Below are positions 25,901 through 38,200 of a DNA stretch of 64,000 nucleotides, piece after piece. The notes beneath the pieces are model-generated. The model was not told where the DNA came from, ran no database searches, and saw only the letters and a list, made by a program, of their open reading frames with translations. Source of the stretch: Phoronis australis (lineage: Eukaryota; Animalia; Phoronida); NCBI GenBank assembly GCA_002633005.1, contig NMRA01000029.1:774861-838860 (forward strand). The letters are read 5' to 3'. The translations under genes were made by a program, and so were the position numbers. Each line of letters begins with the position of its first letter. The first letter of the stretch is position 1.

Positions 25901-27757
25901 CTTTGACGAGTGTTCTTGTACGCATTTTTCTTGGTGAACAAAAATTTGGATCTACAGTTGATTCTTGAAAATGTCTACATTAGTAACTAAAAATACCAAG
26001 AAAAATGAGGTGACTGAAATTTTATACTTAAATTGGGCTCTGTGTTTCCAGGGCAAGAACATTCCTCTTTCGCTGCAGGAGGATGGTTACCATGACAATG
26101 ATGCCATCCAATCAATAGCGGGCAGTACTATGCAGCATGTGGTGATATCATCTGATGAGCAGACAACACCAGAGTTACACCTCCATATAAAAGATGGTGA
26201 GTCACACCGTTGAATGACTATGGAAAAGGTTTCGTTCCCAATCTGAAAAGTCCATATTGCAAAAAGTTCCTGATGCAAAAAAAATTCTTAATGTAGGACC
26301 TTGATTCAAATCTAGTCCATCAGTTTTAAACAATTCTGAATTTTCCAACCGTGACTGTAAATATCCCACTAATCTTTTGTTGACTTCCTGTTTAGGTCAA
26401 GTGGGTGATCCAGTGGGTGAGATGATGGCCACCAGTAATGGTTCAATAGGAGAGATCATTGCTACTTCGCAAGAGTCATACCAGGTGGGGTAACTATGCC
26501 ATACAGTGCATTACCTGATTTGTAATGTAGAAAACTGAGAATGATTGGTGATAACATTGTATTTGCATATTACAATGTCTAAGGTTTTATTGGTAAAAAA
26601 GTTGATCATTTATGATGGAGGACACTACGGAAGTTCTATTTTGGTAGCTAAAAAGTCAACAAAGGGAATCTGGCCTTTCATATTTCATGTACATGACTGG
26701 TCAGGGTATTGTGGTCTGTTTATGGATGCAAAATTACTTCTGATAAGTTGATTAATTCACCGTCCTGTTGCACTTTACAGTCAGTTGAGTCTGTGATCAC
26801 GACCACGTCATCACCATCTCCCGCCTCGATGACCGATGACCCGGGCAGTCTAGTCATCAACACTGCAGACGAGAGTGAGACTGATGAAACGAGCAAAACA
26901 GCCAATAGGGAGCTCATCATGTCCTCCTTGTCAGGTATACAAGAAATGAGTTGATGAACATGGTATACAGTATGGCTAATATTGTAATACATCATTTTAT
27001 CTTTACCAATAGATGGACATCTCATGATTACTTTGATTTTATTTTGGATGCTGTGTTACTCATTCTTCGTGAAAGTGAAACACACAGTTAATGAATTGTA
27101 TCTTAGTAAATGAGGACACATACATATGCGCAGGAGCCATCTCACTTCTGCTCACCAAATACGCTATACTTCTGTGAAGTTGAATTTACAGATTAGCCAA
27201 CTTCAAGTTTAACAGGTGGTGCTAGTGTGACAATGGTCCTTCCTGCAGAAATGCCTGGGTTGAGGAAGTCATGTAGCACTTTTGGTCCACGGGCACCACC
27301 ATGTTGGTGAAGTGCTTTGTTTTTTCAGTGACTATTCCAAAGCATCACCAGCTTATTTTACCAGCTTCCATGCAAAAAGAAAGTTGATTTATCCTCCATT
27401 AAGTGCACTCACATGCGTGTGTGTGGGAGGTATGGGTCTATTATTTACTTGTGGATCTCTCATATTGACAAGGTGCCCGCAGACGGGTACTAAAAATTGC
27501 GGATAGGCTCTACCTTTTTAGCAAGTTTTGTGGGACCTGCTCAGTTACCTTGGTTTATATTGCACCTAATAGTATCCGTTTGTGCAACAGTTTTCATTGT
27601 AACTTCTTTGTGTAAGCTACCTCTGCTACTGTATGACATAATGACCTTCTCTGCCTTTTATACAGATCCGATGCTGGCTTCAGAACCTGACAACTCTGAA
27701 TTGATGGAATCAACTTGTGAGGTGGAAGGAGAGAAACTGAAACATGACGACAGCTGA
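16935..27757 (+). CDS. DMTF1: Cyclin-D-binding Myb-like transcription factor 1, 15 coding exons, ~664 aa
   Basis: Exons: 16935-17115, 17967-18083, 18863-19009 (VNQAWFTKK), 19802-19878 (GHSWKQGQWSKDEVDIL), 20855-21045 (EIIFEMNKDERKDFYR..RPLFSVYRRV..GKYTPDEIEKLKE), 21608-21717 (HGSDWATIGAAMGRSASSVKDRCRLMKD), 21991-22219 (GTRSEKQCRSKWLNYLNWKQ), 23030-23098, 23566-23648 (SVRSPQWLRGKWW), 24432-24572, 25200-25369, 26052-26196, 26396-26484, 26781-26934, 27666-27757 (TGA). Total 1995 nt in frame. The Myb region matches remembered vertebrate DMTF1 closely; the low-complexity terminal exons are less certain. Confidence 0.93.
20028..20752. repeat. Identical 151-bp direct duplication across an N
   Basis: 20028-20178 equals 20602-20752; both start with TTAA. 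Confidence 0.92.
20180..20605 (-). mobile_element. piggyBac-like element end, truncated by the assembly gap (N at 20179)
   Basis: Ends ...gcgcaggataaggg|TTAA (CCC terminus plus TTAA target). Minus-strand MTVDQFLEEVFMDSDSE resembles acidic piggyBac transposase N-termini. Confidence 0.7.
24980..25047 (-). repeat. Degenerate tRNA-derived SINE head or tRNA pseudogene
   Basis: Minus strand reads ..tcagtggtcggaatgccc..gagatcctgggttcaattcccactac, with A-box-like and B-box (GGTTCAATTCC) motifs. No full cloverleaf. Confidence 0.45.
25400..25715. repeat. Dispersed repeat rich in ttgataa/tatcaacc; inverted copy at about 51640-51910
   Basis: atcaaccatttctat at about 25444 is the reverse complement of atagaaatggttgat at about 51845, with colinear flanking motifs. 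Boundaries approximate. Confidence 0.55.
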
Positions 27758-30700
27758 GAAAATGGCAAATAACAGAAAACACCCAATTTCTGAGTACTGA
27801 AAGTGCAAGTCGGTTGAGCTTGATTAGAAGACAGTAGGAAGCGGGGAGGAGGTTGGTCTATTGCAGCATCAAAGATGATTGGGGGGAAATTGCTTTTACC
27901 CCTCATTAACTTGAACCTTCCGACTATTGTTCGTGTAAATTGGGCGACTAACACCAGTAATTTTTTAACCAGTTGCAGTTGAGAAATTTACCCATGTTGG
28001 GTGGACATAAATCAGCATTGGCTGTGTCAATACAAACCTCGTTTTTTATAACTTAAGAAATCCAGACCATAACTATTTTGGTTGTTAATGACCTGGTTGT
28101 ATTTCATCAGGTTAAACATTTGTTGGTAGGACATGGAACCTGGGTGTTGGCGAATACCTTCACAAGCTATCAAGTGCGAATTTTGTAGTAGTGGTGATAA
28201 CAGGATTGCTTTTAGGAATCAGAATTCTTTATCTTACAGAATTGCTCTACTTAGAAGACAAATAAATGCTCTATTGTTGACTGAACCAGTAATATATTTC
28301 ACTAAGTGTTTGTTTTGAAATATACTGTCTATCTTTAGTAGTGAATTTAGCGCAGTGATGGCGTACGGTAACAAAAGTTTTATTAGTTTTGTGAGGTACA
28401 TTGCAGCAAGATTATCAAGACTGGGTTGGGGAAGGGGTGGTCCTAATTTTATTATTTATTATAGTATTTATTGAGGTGAATGAATTTACTTGGCCATTCA
28501 CATTTGTTTTTTTGATGTTTACCCAGATTCCTATTTGAGTGCTTAGTTGAGGTTTACCGTTTCACGTGACCATCACGATTAGGCCGCAATGTACAGTTTC
28601 CCCTGGACTGTTCTTGGCTACTCTCTTTTGTATGTCACAAAGTTGTACTTAGCACTCACAATTTGACAGAGTCTAATTGGCATATTGTCAGACTCATTGC
28701 TCGTGCCGCCATTAAACAATTGAATCGTGTGCAAAAGTTGTTTTTGTTGGTATGTTATGTTGGACACCTATAATTCATCGCAAAAGCTAACATTGTTCAC
28801 GTGTTCACACATTTTTCCTCTTGCACTAAACACAGCCTTGTTACAACATACCCTGTTTAGAAAGCCAACTGTCATGATGTAACATTTCCCCGATTCGATT
28901 TTACCAAATGTATGCAAGTCTATACTAATTAAGTTAACCATACAAAATTTGAAGGTCCCGTGTAGCAAGGCTCGGCTGTACTATACATTAGTGCTTCAGA
29001 ACTGTTCAGCAAAAAGGTGCAGAAATTAAAACCTCTTAGAATCTAAAGATCATAACGGTAGTCTTAAGAGAAATAATTTATTAATTTTGTTAAACTTTTA
29101 CATTAGTAAAAAAATCTGTAAATATTTCTTTGGTCTGAATTTGATGTTTTGGACAAGACCATCCTTCTTGAACACTTTAGTCAGTGGGTAAATCAAGAGA
29201 AATGAATCCACGAAACCAAGTTCATTATCAAAGATGTTCAGGCTTTCTATTTTTGTGAAACTTTAATGGTCATGGGAAGACAACTGTCAGGTTGAAATGA
29301 CGACCGTGATGTGTACATTAGCATTCTTTATTATACACCAAAACATTTTGTTTTTACTTAACACGTTAAGTTTGTTAAAATTAAACGGAAAAGTTTCTGG
29401 AATGTACAACAAGAGTTCTTGAGACATTACCTGTAAATCTATCGCGTTAGAACAAAAAAACTCTGCTTGAACTTAAAAAAAGCAAATCTACACCAACATG
29501 AACAGCATAGAATCATATCCACAATGCAAAAAAAAATCATGATTCATTTATGTATGATTTTTCATGAGATACTGTAAGTGCAATGCATGCTACTGTATAA
29601 GTAAATCATTGCAGTCAAAATTTGATGTACACAAACGAGACGAGACTACACAAAATGGTAACATATTTACAGAGAGCAAGATTATTGTTGTTTTAGTTCC
29701 TGGTAGAATGGCAAAGAGCTACAACAATTTGAAACAGAAGTGCACGCGAATGAGAAGTGTTGAGGTTACTAGATCAGGCGTGCGTTTCGTAGACATAGTT
29801 GTGAAAAAAGCAAGACTTCGTGAAGTATCACCATGTTTGCAAGAAAAACGTGACCACACTAGCTGCCTTGGCGAGATTCTTTCATCTACAAAACTCAGTT
29901 GTGTCAATGAATTATAGCTCATAGGTTGTAGACAGTATCTGGTGAATCAAACGACTCCTTGAACAAAAGCAGAATGTTAAGCTGAACTGCACTGGCTATC
30001 AACTATAACAATGGTGCTTTTTTAAATTGAAATTCATGAAAATGAAGCTGACACAAGTGTCGTCACAATTTTGCAAACTGAGACCAGACAATTGGGCAAT
30101 CTGTAGCGCAATATAATCGAGATAACTTTCAAGACTCCTATTATTTTGCAAAATGATCCATTTCAATTTGATCAAATACGTTCATCAAAAACAATTTTAC
30201 TACCCGGCAAGACTAACAAACTCCATGAATTAGTTGTACAACAGTGGCATTTCAGAAGACAGAAAACTCAAAAGCACAAAGGCTTCCTTCAAGGTGGGGC
30301 TTCAGCAAAATGAAAGGACCACATTTACTACGCTATGGGAGAATTACGTTACAGCGAAATTCCTTCAGTTTGGGACACCAGTCATTGCAGACAAGTAAGA
30401 TACCAGTTCGTCAAATTTCTCAACACGAATAAGTTGATACTTGCTTTATTTTTAAGACGGTTTGTATGGCATAGTGACCGCTACACATTTGGGAAAATTT
30501 TGAGCTTTTGTAATGACATAGTGATCTTTTAAAAGTAGATAAAACGGGGGTTTCAGCAATTATCTTTGTTGAAAAATTGTAACCATACCTGACCAATAGA
30601 AAAGTTAAAGAAGAAGACACCAGGAGACAGTCAAGCACCATCAATACATACTAACTTCTTGCAACAACTGCACCCTTCAATACATGTGCTTAGGATTCAT

Positions 30701-32201
30701 TCACTAAAACTGATTTATAACCATAGAGAGAGATCATACAATATCTCTCGATAGCTGGAAATGTTTCGGTAACACAACCTAATCAGAGCAGATTTAGCAC
30801 AATGGCTACAACTAAAACCAGCCACATTAAAAAACTGACTGATGGGACATAATGCTATTATCCAGAATACTCGGTACGTTATTTCTGCCTTAGTGCAAGT
30901 ACATCCCAAAGCAACTGACAAGCACTATTGGCCACATCATGGAATATTATTAAAAATAACCACCGCCCCATAAACAAAAAAACCTGTTTTCATTACTTTC
31001 TGCCACCAAACTGATTCCTGTTACAAAATTTCATTGAATACCAAACTTAAACCAACAAATTACTAAGTATAATGAGAGCAACACTTAACTTAAAGTCATA
31101 CTGTGTGTCCCCAATCAGAGCTTTCAAGTAATATGACTGTTACATCAGGACATGCTTGCGCTTGAATAGAAAACCAACTTTTAGTTTGCCAGAAGGAATA
31201 ATTCAAGATCAGAAAGTGGAAGACATAACTCTGACTTCCAGATTTTTTAACAGATGTACTACATTAGGTCATCTTTAGGGCAGAACTTTTAGGTATGTGT
31301 AACCATCAAAAGGTAGATTTTTTGTTTTACAAGTTGCATATTTTTAAGGTACAAACACACTCAACATAATAACATAGCACAAATGCGACAATGACACGTT
31401 AAACTAAGAGAACATTACACTTACCACATTAGACCTATAAATAAGAGTCTTATATTTAATAGCACTCTCACTGATTTCAATTTCTGTGCTTTTTTACAAT
31501 TCCATGATTCTTGGTTAAAACGATTAATAGATTTATAATTGCAGATTATAACTCTCGGTCAACCCCATACAACATGACTAGAAAAGTTCGAGCTGATAGC
31601 ACTGTTTTGATCCCATTTCAACAAAAATACCAGATAAAAGTGACAATAATTGACATTCACAGAAAATCGTTTTCTTTCAACAAGACACAAGACTTTCAAA
31701 AGAGGAGTTTCAGATGAATAGCACATACTTCTGTTTCAGTTCTTCGCATTTATGGAGCAAACCAGCCATCTTGGTCTGTACGGATACACAGCCAATAAAC
31801 ATGGACATATCATCTGCTAATATACAATCCATTTTCCTATTCTGTTCACTACCAAGAAGGTAAAATGACCACCTCTATGATTTTAATCCAATTTACAAAA
31901 CTACAAACGATATTTCTTCATCTGATAACATGCAATGTGGCAGGGAAAAGAAAATTGATTTGGTCAAGGAAGACTAAAGTTTCAGTACATCACCAGCTTA
32001 ATCTGTACTGCGAAGATAACATCATGCATTTGTCAACGTTTCTAGTATTTACATAGAGGTAATCAGCTTTTGAAAAATTGACAAGTTATAAATTTCACAA
32101 TTAGAGAATTTTTGAGTGAAACAAGTAAAGGATTACTATGCATACAGACATTTGACAAAATATATAAAGATCACCACTGTTATAAGCACCATTTTGTCAG
32201 G

Positions 32202-35200
32202 CTAATTCACGTTGTGCATGTATAAGTTGGCGCACACACAGAGAAGTAGAATACAAAATGAATTGTAGTATATGAGTGTCCTAAACTTGGGCTCTAAGTC
32301 TCCCTGCCTGTACCAGTAAATCTGAAAAAGAAATCCAGAAACTGACACAAGACACACTAACAGAATGCTTGGACCTGTTTTGCCAAAGGACGAAAGCGCA
32401 GTACACCTGGACGCCCTGTCTCACCAAGATCACTCTCAGGATTTAGGAACTCGTCTTAAAGTGGCATAATTACGGTATAATTGTTGGATGGGATACACTT
32501 CTTGACCTCTAAAACAATAAAATTATTTTTTTCCACAAGACATTAACTGAAATACAGGACACTTAAAAAAGGGGAAAAAATCTCTGCCACTTATCAAGTG
32601 GGATTTATCTCCTCCAGCACAGCGTAAAAACTGCGACCGCGAGGATTGCTGGTTCGATTTTGCGCTGCCATTCATCACAGTATATAATTGTTCTTTCCAA
32701 TAATATCCCTTTTACTGTGATGAAACATGGATGCAATACAATAACCCAGGTTTTGCTAAAATTTACAATGCTTGGTCTGTCCCTTCTTGGTGTGACAGGG
32801 CCTTTCATTAACGACGACTCCAACAGACTGTTCTTTATGAGAGCTGCTAAGACTAACGAAAATTCAACACGTCCACTTTAGACTTGTCTAATCAACCATC
32901 TATGGAAACCATTCAATCAATGAACTGAATGCTAGCGAAAATAAAAACAAAAGATAAAGGTCGTCTTAGCTGTTACACTTATTGGAGATACAACGACCTT
33001 TGACAAAATGGTTCCTCGCAGAACTATTTTTACTTGATGACATGAGAAGTATTGAGGTTCATGAGGCATACATCCATTATATCAACAGGTCAGGAAAATG
33101 AGGACTACTTTCAGTTAAACCTTGGGCAGATTAACAGGCACCATTTTCAATTTATTCGCTGTAACATAAGGCTTTTTCATACTGACTTAACTCCAGTCTC
33201 AGCGGAGCATCGACGTTAACTGCGAAGTTAACTAAACCGCTCATACTACCTTCAGTAGTTGAGGAACGTCGAAGTAAATGGCAGGTGACGCTGTTGTCAT
33301 CGAAGTAATCGCAAGGTAGTGCTGCATGCTAAGATTTTTTTTAATGTGACATTTTGCCATGTGCTAATAGACATAGAAATTATTTTTAATTCGATTGGTG
33401 ATTATTCGAGCAAACTGTAAGCAACTGTTAGAGACTACACTACCCTTAAATTGTTGACGATAACAGTGGCAGCTGGCGGTAACTTCGATGGGACCGAAGT
33501 TGACCGATCATACTGCACCGCAGCGTCAACGCTGTGCAATTAAATCCACCTGTTAACTGCGATGTTAACTGGAGATGTTAACTTCGATCCAGGACCAAAG
33601 TTAAGCATTCATACTGACCGCAACTCTCCAAACCATCAACGCGTCAACGTTAGTATGAAAGGCCCAATAAAAAGAATTGGTCTTGTCCTCCTAGATCACA
33701 GAAGGACTACAGCGTCAGGAATTGTGCTTGTATGCTGTGCGGATGCATACTTTCAGAGACCTAGTCCCCCTAAATACTGACACTAACCCTGTTCATTTTT
33801 GTAGCCTACGAGAAACATTACAGCATTAATATGGTATTCGTACATTATCTTAACTCCCATGTTTGGCTCAAGATATTTACAAATTTTCACTTTTAAATGA
33901 CCTGATGCTTGGCCTAGTGCCTAACCCAATTTATATGATCCGGACTTCCTTGAAAGTGTAAGTGTCTCTGAAAACGCCCATCTCCCAAGAATTTGTGCAC
34001 ATAACATGCTTACTAGCACAGTGACACATGCATGGTATACATATTTGCAAAATCAATGAACCTACCAGTAAAAGATGGGAAACACAGAGCAACACGATAC
34101 AGCAGGCAAAGTACACATGAACCCCGTGTGGCGGCCAGGATGGAAATATGAAGGCACTAACAAGTGTAACCTGAAAACATATATAAAATTTAATTAATTT
34201 TCAAATCAAACATTGCCTGTAGGAAACTTCATCACGGCAAAATAAACCATAACATTTTATGATAAAGTTACACACATCGCAGGTGGAAGTTAAAAAACAA
34301 CGTGATATAGACAACACCACAATGTTCGTGTGTCCTCATCACCAGAACATGCACAAGTTACAGGATTTTTTCAAAGACCAGAAATCACCTCCACTTTGCG
34401 TAGGAACAACTTGACAACAATTTCAGAACCATCGGTAAGTGGTTTTGTTGACACTGGTGGTCATAAAACAAAATTGGCAGGTAAGGAAATCCAGCAATAT
34501 AATGTTAATGACATTGTTATGTTAAGTAATAATACATCCTCCTTTGTATAGCATTAGGTTTAGTATTAAAACCGAGTGCTTGTCAAGCACACGGTAGTTC
34601 TCCATTTTACTTATGGTATACCAAGCAAAGTAAGCAGTATGTACACATTTGTCTGAGAAAAATCTCAACACTGGGAATTGAATCCCTGTTTTGTCAGTTT
34701 CAACTAGTGTACCCGGGGCACTCAACAATGTGTTCCTTCCTATGACCTTAAAACTTTGAGGTTAAAAACATAACAATTGACCGTTGACCCTGAAATGAAC
34801 CAATTTCTTCTACATTTCAAATAAGTTGATCAGCGAAAAAGCATTCCTCAAAGCATTCTTGCTCAGAAAAATCAACAATCAAGGTGAGATGAATGTTTTG
34901 AAACAAGTGAGAATGGACGTTCATAATTCAACATTCACACTGTAGATGAAAGTTTTGAAAAAAGTGAGAATGGATGTTCATAATTCAAGAAAATTAAATT
35001 TAACAATATAATTTTTGTCAAAAATATAAGAAACATAAAAACATTACAAAAATTCACCTTATCTGCAAGTTTCAGATACCAAAATCAAAGAAAGAGCTCT
35101 TAATCCGAAAATTTTCACAAAATACTCTGATGATCATTATCATGCTTACTAAAACATTTTTATTACAAACATTTAAAAATAGCATGGAAATTACATGAAA

Positions 35201-38200
35201 TAGTCAAAGTGCAACGTATGTTTTTCTTGTCTTTCAAAAACAAAACTGACAGCATAGCAAATCAACTGACACTTACTTCAAACACAGATAAACACCTAAA
35301 AATATGAATCAATGTTGCAAGAGTCTCAACACACAACTGAGCCAATAACAAGGGCAGTGCTGAGCGCTATGTGTGCCTACCGAGGCAGATGCAAGGGATG
35401 ATCCGCACTAGAAACATTCAGACTAAAGAAAGCAATAATGGCAAACTTAAAATAGTCCCTAGTGGCACGTAGCAAAGCAAGTCAGCAATGCTTTCCTAAT
35501 AGGAATGCAGTTTGTCACCTTCACCATGATTCTTCAAGCAGTTCGGAAGATAGACAGGTGGGCTTTAAAATTGGGCATATAAAAGGGCACAAGTGGGTTC
35601 AACACAGGTCAAGTCTATCCAAAACGGGCAGGTGCTGTCGACTGCGATTTTTTTCTTTTAGTTTGCCAAATTTAATGAACATCAATCAAAGGCAAATGCA
35701 ACTTTAGAAAACCACAATTGCGACTATGGGCCACCAAAGTAGGCGTATTTGAACCTAATTCCATGTAGGTTGTACTTTCCTCAATAGGAACACATGCTAA
35801 ATATCACAGTGAAAATCAAGGAATATGATAGATATTGAGTAACGGGCAAAAAACAAACTTGCTCCTTGGAGGTGGTACAGCTAGCAGACCCACCCAAGAA
35901 TTCTCGACAACCTTGCTCTCCCCAGTCAGAACACTTATACTTATTTTTATAATGATCCTTACCAGATTTAAAAAAAAAAATAAAAATGACCACTGGGTAG
36001 CATGCAATACTATATACACAGTTCATGTCCAGTCTCTCTTCAACAGAAACCTACTTGTCGGAAAGTCGACATAGGTGGTTGTCATTCAAAGAAATGTACA
36101 TGTACGGTGTAAAATGGAGTTTAGAAGATAACAGCAACAGAAGCAACCGACTAAACTGCAACTTAAGGGCGCCACAGTATTCCAATTAAAGCCATTTGGA
36201 AATTAACGTCAACACTATGTACTCTTCTTTATCTGATAATTTTCAGAGGTGGACACCAAAAATAAAACTGAAATTGTCACATTAAGGAGGCAGAGTAGTC
36301 AGATCCATCAAAAATTTGCTCAGGCTGTCACATCCATGATATAGCAGCATGTCTTCAAAATGTCATGGTAACATCCATCAAGGGGTTTTGGACATACAGC
36401 AGTAGACAAGATGGTCCAATGGGTATGGTGGCACAATGAGCCCACATACATTTAATTATGTGGACAAATAAACATGAAGTGCCTTAGGTCACACTTATCA
36501 GAAACATACTACATCATTGATCCATCACAGCATGGTGTACAACACATATGAAAGGGTGACAGAATAAATAAATCAAGAATCATTGTTTAACATTATTCTC
36601 CATGAAGCCAACCTTTGACACAAGCCATACAATGAACACATTCTTCTTGTATAACAGGTACACACACAACAGAACATCTCAAGGTCACTAAACACAGATG
36701 TGGGTACTACAGAGCATCCAGAGTACAAAGCCTCAAACACTCAGTTGAGTCTCATGGGACATTTTGGTTCAAGACACAATATGGCGAACGGATGAAACTT
36801 TATTTTCTTGTTTTTCCATAAAAGATATGTAACAACAAACTATGCTTCAGCGCTTTCAAGTTGGGCATCATCAACTATCAGAAAACGTGGACATTCACAA
36901 CGTTGGAAGACCTCGAGAAAACGAAAATTATGAAAACTAGGCAATTACAGTTATCGGAATCTGGTGAAATGTTACAATAAGTAAATGAGTGCAAAATCCT
37001 TATCACCTCGCAAATCAAATACAAATCTGAGCAAAATCAGACACACACTATTCCAACCAGAAGTTGTACATGAGTTTTAAGTCAAAGCTTGAAGTTGTGT
37101 TGTTGAAACACCTGTCTACACACTAAAATGGGTCGAAAATGACAGTCAATAGGGCCGTCCCGGATTGCACAGCAACAGAACTCTCCATTGCCCCATAGAT
37201 AAGAAAGTGCGTGACCTCGTTTTGGAAATCAGGCACATTTTCATGCCTCTCATTGATGTCGGGAAGGCGAAGAATTTGAGATCAGGCATCCATGGGTATT
37301 TGTCCAGTTTATCAAACTTTCTCACGTCGGAGTTGCAGTTCACAGCACAGCAGTAATACTTTGTTGGCATTAGAAGAACGAATAGAGTAATACAATGGAG
37401 AAAAACTTGTAAAGAATCAGACAACAACAAAAAAACACGTGAAACTCAAGTGACATGAAAACGAGGCAGCAAATGTGCCCAATGGATGTTTAGGGCATTG
37501 TGGGTAAATACAGCGAGATCTGAGTGTCTCTGGTCCTATTACACAAAAAGTCTATGTTTACACAATGCTATAAGTGTACTTACAATTACAGCAATGGAGG
37601 TGATTATTCCAAACACAAGGTTGATGACACGGTCCTGAAAACAGAGAAGAGTTGGGGACTAAATAACTATACAACTGTTCTTGATGCAGAGCAGATTTGT
37701 AACAACACATGCCTTTAAGTAACATAAGAACAAAATACAGTTATGTTACACAAGGAAAAGCCAATATTTCCATGATATTCAAGATTAAAAATATCACAAG
37801 GTCCATTTTTGAAACACTTAGCCTATATTGGCCAATCGACCAAAAGGACCTCAAATCTATTGGTAAATTCAGAAGACTCTTTTATACAACTCATTAATTG
37901 GGACACATGACCACGTCTTTTTGGTATAATGTTGGAAAAAGAAAGGTACTATCATTGCAAAACAAGCATACCGATGAATAACATGAAAATATATCCCAAA
38001 AACCTTCACATTCTGATTGCAATGACTCACTTGGTTTCAGAACAGACACAGTGACAAAATAACCCACAGAACAAGGGTGATAAGAAGTGCAATACTCAAA
38101 GAAAACAATCAGTGCTTTGGCACCGTATCATGTAAATTATATGATGGAAAATACAGTTGTAAATTATACATCAGTTCAAAGACAATAGCATAATACATGA

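Noticed and set aside
34896-34988. 36-bp spaced direct repeat
   Set aside because: Ordinary local duplication in an intron with no further structure.
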